DNA of 64,000 nt from Faecousia sp. (lineage in GTDB: Bacteria > Bacillota > Clostridia > Oscillospirales > Oscillospiraceae). The notes under the pieces are model-generated. The model had not been told where the DNA came from and did no database searches. It saw nothing but the letters and a program-made list of their open reading frames with translations. Where the stretch lies: positions 2,506 through 66,505 of the forward strand of contig JAZRUE010000051.1 in assembly GCA_045652345.1 (NCBI GenBank), read 5' to 3'. Of the stretch, positions 9,206-16,699 are shown in pieces. Each line of letters begins with the position of its first letter. The first letter of the stretch is position 1. The translations under genes and the position numbers were made by a program.

Positions 9206-9525
9206 AGATGTTCCGCCTCCATATGGGTCACTTCTCCATCCAGCCGGTAGTGGCGGGTGCAGCCCACCTCCACCAGGCCGGGAACATGGACGGGAAGAAA
9301 GGTCTCCCAGTCCACTTCCATAGGCCCAATGCCCGGCAGCACCCGATCTCCCACGAACACCCGGATCCGGGAGCCGGGAACGATCAGCAGAAAGCGCCGC
9401 TCCGGAGCGCCGGTTTCCTGACCGACGCCCTCCTCCAGAGCAAAATAGGTGCCTTCCAGCACCTGCCTGCGGCCGCTTTTGCTGTAAACCGTCACCGTCT
9501 GATCGCAGAGGGTGTAGTCCATCAT
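9196..9525 (-). CDS. putative head-closure protein
   Basis: 109 aa. TVTVY, GDRV..G.G and C-terminal H.E motifs, in the expected synteny. Confidence 0.55.
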   Translation of the reverse strand: MMDYTLCDQTVTVYSKSGRRQVLEGTYFALEEGVGQETGAPERRFLLIVPGSRIRVFVGDRVLPGIGPMEVDWETFLPVHVPGLVEVGCTRHYRLDGEVTHMEAEHLWN

Positions 9526-9848
9526 GCCCCCACCCCCCGGTAGATATCCAGGTACAGCAGGGCCTGATCGTAGAGCCTGCGCTCCAGGCTGCGCTTGTTG
9601 GGCGCATAGCGCACAGACACCTGCCCCATATCGGAGCTAATGACATTGCCGGGTCGGCGCTGTTCTGCGTACACTTCCTCTGCCATGGCGCAAAGGGCCA
9701 GCTTTTCCCCCTCCAGGGTACCGGTCACCTGATAGAGCCGCTTGAAGCGCTCCAGGGCATACTTTGCCTGCTGGGTAGCCCCGGAGAAGGCTGTTTCCGG
9801 AATGGCACTACCCAGATAGGTATTTGCATAGAATCCATAGTCCACCAT
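9522..9848 (-). CDS. head-tail connector/adaptor protein
   Basis: YGFY...Y.G..I.E..F, K.A.CA.AE, S...G.VSVRY and YRGV motifs. Follows the capsid gene. Confidence 0.7.
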   Translation of the reverse strand: MVDYGFYANTYLGSAIPETAFSGATQQAKYALERFKRLYQVTGTLEGEKLALCAMAEEVYAEQRRPGNVISSDMGQVSVRYAPNKRSLERRLYDQALLYLDIYRGVGA

Positions 9849-9866
9849 AAGGCAGTGCCCCCTTTA

Positions 9867-10838
9867 TCACTTTGCCTCGATGGCGATGCCCTTCAGCACA
9901 GCGGCCTTCAGGGTGTTCTTCAGGGCGATGCCTGCCACCAGTTCCACTTCGCCGGTCTTTACGGCGCCGGGAGTGGCCATATCGGGCATGTAAGCGTTGA
10001 TCACGCCTTCGCCGGTGGGGCTGATGCCGTGGAAGCCGTCCAGACCCATGGAAACAGCGTAAATGGCAGTCTTGCCCGCTTCGTCGGTTGCCACCACATC
10101 CTGGGTGCTTTCGCCGTTGAAGTACTTGCCCATATCCACCATAGGCACGCCTGCATAGGTCTCTACGGTGCGGCCGAAGGCATCGGTGGAGCGCTCATAG
10201 TAGCCTGCACGGCGGGCGATGGAGCGCAGCTTGATCAGCATAGCCCGGTTCATCAGCAGCATGGAAGGGGTGCCGTCCAGGGTGCTGAGGAAGGCATCCA
10301 TCTCATCCAGGAAGGCGTTGTAATTTTCATCCAGCTGGGCAGAAGTGGTCAGTTCCACCTGGCTGGTCAGTTCGTTGGCAGTGCCGGAAAGGAGCTTCCG
10401 CAGGCCGTCAAAGGTGCCGCCCACATAGCCTTCTTCCTCCTCCACCGCGCCGTTGATTACCAGATTATGGAAATAATTGGAGGTTGCCTTGATCATCTGC
10501 TCTGCCTGGAAAGCCACCTCGTCAGCAGCGCCGGAGGTGTTCTGCAGGACTCTGTCCACCTGGAATGCGCCGCCCATAATGATAGCGCCGGTGGTTTTCT
10601 TCTCCCGGACAGCCTCGCTGGGGGTGTACTCGCCGTTGATGGTACGCACATTGGCAGTGGAGGGGGTCTTCAGCTGAATGTAGCCGTAGGTCAGGGTGCT
10701 GCCGCCGGTGCCGGGGCTGATGGCGTTGTCAAACACCATATTGTCCAGCAGCATAGAGTTCCGGCGGAACATATCCACCACCTGCTGATCTACCTTGTCT
10801 ACCATAGAAATCTTTGCCTGTTCTAATGTAATTGCCAT
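9867..10838 (-). CDS. major capsid protein
   Basis: Start ATG 10838 (MAITLEQAK, RBS AAAGGA), 323 aa. R.IN.EY, GG.F.VDR and FDGL motifs. Strongly biased codon usage. Confidence 0.85.
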   Translation of the reverse strand: MAITLEQAKISMVDKVDQQVVDMFRRNSMLLDNMVFDNAISPGTGGSTLTYGYIQLKTPSTANVRTINGEYTPSEAVREKKTTGAIIMGGAFQVDRVLQNTSGAADEVAFQAEQMIKATSNYFHNLVINGAVEEEEGYVGGTFDGLRKLLSGTANELTSQVELTTSAQLDENYNAFLDEMDAFLSTLDGTPSMLLMNRAMLIKLRSIARRAGYYERSTDAFGRTVETYAGVPMVDMGKYFNGESTQDVVATDEAGKTAIYAVSMGLDGFHGISPTGEGVINAYMPDMATPGAVKTGEVELVAGIALKNTLKAAVLKGIAIEAK

Positions 10839-10918
10839 ATTTTTTCTTCCTTTCAAAATGCATTTTCTTTGTTTTCCTGTTTGCCTTACGCAAACATATC
10901 GTTTCAATTTGCCGCAGA

Positions 10919-11449
10919 TCAGACTGCGGAAAATCTCTCCCGCAGCGCACCGGCCAGGGTATCCGGCTGGGCGTAGGCTTGGGGATTCACCGCCCCGGTG
11001 CCGGGGGCAAAGGTGGGGGGCAGATCGCTCTGAAAGAGCCAGGGTTCTTCCCGCTTCAGCTGGGAAATGGCATCCTCCAAAGCCCTTTGAGGGTCTTCCC
11101 TTTTGGAAATCTCCTCCAGATCCACCATGGCCGCCACCGCTTTTTCGTTTCTTCCCCCGGCCTGGGCTACCGCCTTCTGAAAGGCAAACCCAAAGGCCTG
11201 CTTTTGCAGCGCCTGCCGATGATTTTCTTCCAGTTGGGCGATTTTTTCTTCCCAGGCCTTTTCGCTGCCCGCTTCCAGCTGGGCAATGACTTGTTTTGCA
11301 GAAGCCAGCTCCTCTTTCAAGCTTTCATAGTCGGAAAATAAGGCCCGGGTGGCTTGAATGTCCCGGCCGTTCTCTGCCATAATGGCATCCACCGTCTGCT
11401 TGCTCAAAGGCTGCTCCTCCTGCAAACTCTGTAAAAATTCTCTTTTCAT
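10919..11449 (-). CDS. capsid scaffolding protein
   Basis: MKREFL...VDAIMAENGRDI, coiled coil, A.GRN.KA..A.D and LK.E.P.LF motifs. Confidence 0.8.
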   Translation of the reverse strand: MKREFLQSLQEEQPLSKQTVDAIMAENGRDIQATRALFSDYESLKEELASAKQVIAQLEAGSEKAWEEKIAQLEENHRQALQKQAFGFAFQKAVAQAGGRNEKAVAAMVDLEEISKREDPQRALEDAISQLKREEPWLFQSDLPPTFAPGTGAVNPQAYAQPDTLAGALRERFSAV

Positions 11450-11456
11450 TTTTTGG

Positions 11457-11620
11457 GGAAGAACGATGTATAAAACATCATCGGTGGCTGAATGATCTTT
11501 TGCCCCAACTCTTCAGCTTGAAAAACCCGAAATACACAAAGTATTCCTGGGTTTTCCAACCATTGATTTGTGCCAAAATCTCTATCCATCCACTCTCGTT
11601 GTTTTATCCCTCGCTCTTCC
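11457..11620. repeat. 164-bp imperfect palindrome (MITE-like) between the SD and the scaffold start codon
   Basis: On the minus strand, GGAAGAGCGA pairs with TCGTTCTTCC, ATAAAACA with TGTTTTAT and GTGGATGGAT with ATTCAGCCAC. Central TTGGAAAACCCAGGAATAC...GTATTTCGGGTTTTTCAA. Confidence 0.7.
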
Positions 11621-11744
11621 TATCTCCTTTCTTTCGAAGACTTTGTGTCTCCTTTCTACGCTTTTTATGGGGTCGCATCCCAATTTTTTGCTCCCTTTTA
11701 CGACCGAGCAAGTCGAAATATACTTGATAACGAACAATTGTCCA

Positions 11745-13052
11745 TTATCCATTATCCATTAAACTACTTTCCGGCATGTATAGTTGCCGGATGTAGGCTC
11801 TGTGTTCCTGGGTTTCCCAGGGCAGATCAAACCGCCAGCCCAGGGCGATCTCCGGCTTCAAAAGTCCCTTTTCCACCATCTGCTGATACATTTCCCAGGT
11901 CTTATCCTCGTCATAGAGGATGCCGTTGCCCCAGTCCACACTGATGGCCGTATCCCGGATGCCCTCCAGCTGATACGCCTGGGACAAGCAGGCGCACAGC
12001 GCCACCGCTTTTTCCAGGGCATCCTGCCACATAGCCTGAAAATCGATCACCGTCAGGTTGTAGTCTGCGGCGCTGGAGGCGATCTCCGTAGCGGTTCGAT
12101 CCTGGGCGTTGGCATCGGAGAGCATCCCCCGCTTCAAGCCCAAAATGCTTTCCACATTCCGCAAATACTCCTGCTTCCGGGCCAGGTAGGACTGCTCCCG
12201 AAGCTGGGGAGAAAAAACGGTGATGCCCACCTGCTCCGGGTCGTCATCCAGCCCCACGAACAGATGATCCTCCAGCTTGCCATCCCGGAGCAGATCCCGG
12301 GAAGCCAGGATCCGGCTCTGCCCTCTTGTAAATTCCCCCCGGAGCTGGGCTTCATTTTCTTCAATGGCGCCAATCAGCTCTGCCGCCGCGGCATAAAGGC
12401 TGACGCCTTCGGCGCTGCCATCCACGCAGTTGAACATAGGGGTTTTCAGCTGCACCAGACCCACCGAGCCAATGGGCTGGGGAAAGGTGTAGCTTTGCTT
12501 CAGCGCGGCATAGTCTTCCACCTGGGAAAGGGGAACTTCTGCGCCCAGAGATTCCGAATTGTAGGAGCGGTAAAGTCGGTTTTCCACCGTCAAATACCCG
12601 GCTTTATCCAACTTTCTGCGCTCCAATAGGGTGTAGTAGCATTTCTCCCCCACCCGCCTTTCCACGATGCCCACATCGGTGGGCACACCCCCGGCATCCC
12701 GGTCAAACAGCAGGATATGATTCCGGGGAATCAGGGTAAAACGGAATTTGCCATCCTCCACAAAGGGCTTTATGTAACATTCGCCCCCGATAAGAGCCAG
12801 CTGGAGCGCCTGCTTTCCCACCTTGCCCAGTTCCCCGATCACCCGGGCAGCGGCAGGATCCCTGGCAATGGCGGCATATTCTCCGAACACCGTCTTTGCC
12901 AGTTTGGTGACTACGGTGTAGGCGATCCGCTGGGCAGCATCGCCACCTTCCTTGCCATAGTAGAGGGAAAACCAGGTGTCTATGGCCTTTCGCATGGGCG
13001 TGGAGGTTCTGTCCCAAGCCCCGAAGGCTCTTTCATAACCATAGATATTCAC
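11745..13052 (-). CDS. portal protein (SPP1 gp6/A118-like)
   Basis: 435 aa, GTG start. YTLLE, N.LY.S, G.S.YA, FSPQLR and TATEI motifs. Confidence 0.85.
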   Translation of the reverse strand: MNIYGYERAFGAWDRTSTPMRKAIDTWFSLYYGKEGGDAAQRIAYTVVTKLAKTVFGEYAAIARDPAAARVIGELGKVGKQALQLALIGGECYIKPFVEDGKFRFTLIPRNHILLFDRDAGGVPTDVGIVERRVGEKCYYTLLERRKLDKAGYLTVENRLYRSYNSESLGAEVPLSQVEDYAALKQSYTFPQPIGSVGLVQLKTPMFNCVDGSAEGVSLYAAAAELIGAIEENEAQLRGEFTRGQSRILASRDLLRDGKLEDHLFVGLDDDPEQVGITVFSPQLREQSYLARKQEYLRNVESILGLKRGMLSDANAQDRTATEIASSAADYNLTVIDFQAMWQDALEKAVALCACLSQAYQLEGIRDTAISVDWGNGILYDEDKTWEMYQQMVEKGLLKPEIALGWRFDLPWETQEHRAYIRQLYMPESSLMDNG

Positions 13053-13234
13053 GAAATGCCTCCCGTCATCTTGCCTGCGGCTCGCAGGCCCTTATGGATG
13101 CCTCTGATGTAGGCCTCCAACTGCTCCAGATCCTGCCTCAGTTGCCGATTTTCCCTCTTGAGTCGGCGGTTGTCCTGGAGCACCGTCTGCTTTGCCCACA
13201 TGGGCAAAAATCGGTCAATCAACCATTTTTTCAT
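13049..13234 (-). CDS. small coiled-coil hypothetical protein
   Basis: 61 aa, RBS AGGAGG. Translationally coupled between terL and portal. Confidence 0.55.
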   Translation of the reverse strand: MKKWLIDRFLPMWAKQTVLQDNRRLKRENRQLRQDLEQLEAYIRGIHKGLRAAGKMTGGIS

Positions 13235-14468
13235 CCTTACCTCCTAATTTTTGGATTGTATCCCTATTGCGCCCCAGTACAGTGGCGCAGAAATACCGAA
13301 TATCGTCCATGGCGTGGTCATTTGCCTTCCGGGGCTGTTCCCGTTGACCCCCATCCTCCCAGCTGTAAAGGGAGAATTCCCGAATGGTGTCGGTGCAATC
13401 CGGGTGAAATTTCAGCACCCCCGCCTGGAGGCAGGAGGCCACCAGACGGATGCCATCCAACACGGCATTCTTGGCTTTTCGCACGGAAAACCGCCCTTTT
13501 CGCCGGATCAGGGCAATAAAAGAAGCCGCCGACGGATCCACCACCACACATTCAATGGGGTAATCCGCCGCCAGCTTTTCCATGGCCATATAATATTCTT
13601 CGTCTGTTTTTGTCTGCCCCCGGTTCCGTCCGTCGTAGTAGTATTCCCGAATCCGGTGGGCAACGCCCCCCTCCACCAGCCAAAGGCCGGCAGAAAAGGG
13701 ATTCATGGTGCCGTAGTCCACAGAAAGGTAGTACGTTCCGGTTTTGGGCAGTTCCCGGGAAAGATGTTCTTCCGGCCGGAAATCGTAGATCAGTCCCTCC
13801 GCCACACACCACTGGCCCAGCACATACCGCTTGTGGAACACCCCGGTGTAAAGGCTTTCGTAGCGCCTGCGGATGCTGTCAGCCAGCCCCGGATTGTCCT
13901 CCATGGTAAAGTGCAGCCGTAAAGCCCCCTTTTCCCGGGCCTTGCAGACCCATTCCTTGTAAAACCAATGCTCCGGCCCTGCAGGATTGCAGTTAAACCA
14001 CAGCTTGCTGCCTGCCACGGAGCAACGGGCGCAGGTCTGCTCCACAAAGGATCGGGGCATCAGCGCCACTTCATCCAGGAATGCCCCCGCCAGGGTGATG
14101 CCCTGAATCTGCTTATAGGAGCTTTCATCCAGGCCACCAAAAAGATAATAGGTGTTTTCCCTGCCCTTGTAGCGCACCGTAAGCCGATTGTCTCCCCGGC
14201 TTTCCTTGATGGTAAAAAGCCCACCCAGCCAAGCCGAAAGGTTGACGATCACATTTCGCCGCAAAGAGGAAATGCTCCTGCCGCAAAGGGCAAAATTGCA
14301 GCCTTCAAAGGACTGCATACTCCAAATAAAAAAGCCGTCTGCCATACAGACGGTCTTGCCGGAGCGGACAGCCCCATCACAAATGATGGCGTCCAGGCTT
14401 CTATATTGGGGGCGGTTCCACCAGGTCATAGCCAGTAGCTGCCGCTTGCTGAAGCGTTCATAGATCAT
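13215..14468 (-). CDS. terL: terminase large subunit, PBSX family
   Basis: Walker A DGAVRSGKT, Walker B AFLDE, coupling motif NCNP. Nuclease motifs SVDYG, DPSA and NDHAMDDIRY are intact. Confidence 0.9.
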   Translation of the reverse strand: MIYERFSKRQLLAMTWWNRPQYRSLDAIICDGAVRSGKTVCMADGFFIWSMQSFEGCNFALCGRSISSLRRNVIVNLSAWLGGLFTIKESRGDNRLTVRYKGRENTYYLFGGLDESSYKQIQGITLAGAFLDEVALMPRSFVEQTCARCSVAGSKLWFNCNPAGPEHWFYKEWVCKAREKGALRLHFTMEDNPGLADSIRRRYESLYTGVFHKRYVLGQWCVAEGLIYDFRPEEHLSRELPKTGTYYLSVDYGTMNPFSAGLWLVEGGVAHRIREYYYDGRNRGQTKTDEEYYMAMEKLAADYPIECVVVDPSAASFIALIRRKGRFSVRKAKNAVLDGIRLVASCLQAGVLKFHPDCTDTIREFSLYSWEDGGQREQPRKANDHAMDDIRYFCATVLGRNRDTIQKLGGKDEKMVD

Positions 14469-14787
14469 AAGAGGGCAGATCCTCCTTCGTGGCATCCAAA
14501 ATGGCCTCCAGCAGATTGCATTCCTCCTGCTGCCGGGAAGTGGCCTCCCGGAATAAGCCGAAATGCTCTCCCAGCAGTTCCAGGGCTTTCAGCTTATCGT
14601 AGAATTTGATCTTCCAGCCCTTTTCCGTACATTCCATATGGGCAATGGCTGCCCCGCTGGGGGTTTCCAACGCCTCCGGCTTCAGTTCTACCCGGCCATC
14701 CTTCACATATAAACAATCTGCAGGACGGCTAAGCCCAATGGCTCCCAACTCCTGCAGAATCTCCTCCGCCGTAATCATTCTCTCCAC
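14458..14787 (-). CDS. terS: terminase small subunit (short, no evident N-terminal HTH)
   Basis: GTG 14787 follows AAGGAGG. ITAEEILQEL..I and KIKFYDKLKALELLG.HFGLF motifs. Overlaps terL. Confidence 0.75.
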   Translation of the reverse strand: MERMITAEEILQELGAIGLSRPADCLYVKDGRVELKPEALETPSGAAIAHMECTEKGWKIKFYDKLKALELLGEHFGLFREATSRQQEECNLLEAILDATKEDLPSYDL

Positions 14788-14850
14788 CGGCAGACCTCCT
14801 TTATGTAGCGATATTTGCCTTTGCATCAGCAAGCATCCCTGGGCAGTGCC

Positions 14851-14910
14851 CACTTTTGACGCTACCATTATACCACAGTTTCTTCCAAAAGTCTTCCCAT
14901 TTTTTTCCCA
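14851..14910 (-). promoter_or_regulatory. phage-late-type promoter upstream of terS
   Basis: TGGGAAAAAAATGGGAAGA-N19-TATAAT (TGTGGTATAAT) followed by GGTAGCGTCAAAAGTG. No canonical -35. Confidence 0.6.
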
Positions 14911-15049
14911 CCTTATAGGTAGCAGCCGGAAAGTGACGGAGGGAGTATCCCGGATCGGGTACAGCGTAGCAGCCTATGGGCAGCCAACAAAAAACCGCCC
15001 ATAGCCCATGGGACGGCGTCAGCGCAAATAAGCCGATAATGCTTTTGCT

Positions 15050-15379
15050 TTATCTTTGCCTACTGTCTATATCTTTATCTTTTTCTTTTTCTTTTTCTTT
15101 TACTTGTACCTCCAACTGTTACACGGTGGTGTGATCGACATGCTTGCGTTCGGAAAGTTTCTTAGCCAGTTCCGCTGCCTTGTTGGCGGTTTCCAGCACC
15201 GGTCGGGCAAAGTCAAAAACCATTGCAACCAGCGGCTTTTGGCTGCCAAGATCCGGCTCTGTGCCATTCAGGGCGTAATCCAAAATGATTCTGTAGGCCT
15301 CTGCTTTTTCTTTTTTTGTTGGCAATTTTTCGATATTTTCAAAAAAAGATCGGTGAAAAGTGCATTGTTTTCTTCTCAT
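15050..15379 (-). pseudogene. truncated phage replication-initiator-like gene (DUF6291-like N-terminal domain)
   Basis: 86-aa ORF 15379-15119 (F.RSF.E.I..L...AY..I.DYALNG.EP...F.FARP.LE). Beyond the TAA the frame continues QLEVQVKEKEKEKDKDIDSRQR*. Confidence 0.6.
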
Positions 15380-15408
15380 TGGGTTCACTCCTTTTGTTTG
15401 GTATTTGT

Positions 15409-15468
15409 CACTTCCGACACTATCATGGTAGCACATTTCAACGGAAAAATCTTCCCATTTTTTTCCCA
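15409..15468 (-). promoter_or_regulatory. second copy of the phage-late-type promoter
   Basis: Identical 19-mer TGGGAAAAAAATGGGAAGA, the same 19-nt gap to TACCAT (TGTGCTACCAT), then GATAGTGTCGGAAGTG. Confidence 0.6.
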
Positions 15469-15662
15469 TTTTTTGAAAACCTGAGGACTAATGGAAAATT
15501 GGGGAAAAAGCTGTGGAAAGGCTGTGGACACCTGTGGAAAACGCCAAAGGCCAAAATACGCCCTTCTACAAAGCATCCCCACCGACCGCGAGCATCTATC
15601 CAAGAAAAAGCACACCCCAAAGCCCCCCTCATCCGGCGGAGGCTTTGGGGTGGTATGCATAT

Positions 15663-15700
15663 AAAAAACACGCCCGGGAATGCTCCCAGGCGTGGATTTT
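15663..15700 (-). terminator. intrinsic terminator of lgt
   Basis: CACGCC.GGGA...TCCC.GGCGTG stem followed by a T-run on the minus strand. Confidence 0.55.
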
Positions 15701-16689
15701 TATTTTGTTTCCGGTTCTTCTTCCGCAGGCTCTTCAGCGGTTTCTTCCGCAGGCACTTCTTCCAATGCTTCTCCGGCATCTTTCTCTGCTTCTGCCACTG
15801 CCAAAATTGCCTCCAAAGCCCTTTTTTCTTCCTCTGCCGCCAACCGGTTCACAAAGAGTTTTGCCCGGTCCTGGGGCGTAAAGGCCTTCACCAGCAGGAT
15901 CGCCACCGCAATCACACAGCTGGCCGCAGCCAAAAGCTGGCTGACCCGGAAATCGCCGATATACAGACTATCGGTTCGCAGGCCCTCAATGAAGGTTCTG
16001 CCCAGGCCGTACCAGGCAACATAGCCCAATGCGATCTGGCCGTCATACTGCCGCTTCTTGGAAAGGAAGTGGAGTCCCACAAAGCCCACAAGATTCCACA
16101 AGGATTCATATAGGAAGGTGGGATGGAAATACTGGATCTGGCCGGTGTACTTATTTTCAAGTCCCATGGCCAGGAAGAAATCCTGGGAAACGGGATCGCC
16201 AAAGGCTTCCCGGTTCATCAGGTTGCCCCAACGGCCGATGCACTGACCGATCAAAAAGCCCAGCGCCACCAGGTCCAGGGTTGCGCCGATGCTGATTTTC
16301 TTCAGCTTGCAGTAAAGGGGAATCATAATGGCCGCACCGATGACGCCGCCATAAATTGCCAGGCCGCCCTCCCAGATATAGAAGATCTTCCAGGGCTCAT
16401 CGGCATAGGTATCCCATTTAAAGGCGCAGTAATAAAACCGGGCGCACAAAATGGCAAAGGGAACGATGATCAGCGCGCCATCCAAAATATCATTTTCCTT
16501 CAGGCCAAACTTCTTTTTTCTGCACAGGCCGTAAATCACCGCCAGGGCAAGGCCCACCGCAATGATCAGGCCGTAGTAGTGAATCTCAAAAGAGCCGATC
16601 TTCAGCACCCGATCCGGATTGAATTCCAACCCTAAGCCGGGGAAAGAGATTCCCTCATAGTTGCCGGGGTTGTAGCTTTCGTGAAACAT
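15700..16689 (-). CDS. lgt: prolipoprotein diacylglyceryl transferase
   Basis: YYGLII, GGLAIYGG, GRWGN..N.EA.G and HPTFLYES motifs. Confidence 0.95.
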   Translation of the reverse strand: MFHESYNPGNYEGISFPGLGLEFNPDRVLKIGSFEIHYYGLIIAVGLALAVIYGLCRKKKFGLKENDILDGALIIVPFAILCARFYYCAFKWDTYADEPWKIFYIWEGGLAIYGGVIGAAIMIPLYCKLKKISIGATLDLVALGFLIGQCIGRWGNLMNREAFGDPVSQDFFLAMGLENKYTGQIQYFHPTFLYESLWNLVGFVGLHFLSKKRQYDGQIALGYVAWYGLGRTFIEGLRTDSLYIGDFRVSQLLAAASCVIAVAILLVKAFTPQDRAKLFVNRLAAEEEKRALEAILAVAEAEKDAGEALEEVPAEETAEEPAEEEPETK

Positions 16690-16699
16690 AATACGCCTC

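Noticed and set aside
1-15470. Tailocin or encapsulin interpretation
   Set aside because: Intact terminase, portal, scaffold and capsid together with tail genes indicate a DNA-packaging tailed particle.
15480-15660. Chromosomal replication origin
   Set aside because: Only one good DnaA-box match, no dnaA/dnaN context and no clear AT-rich unwinding element.
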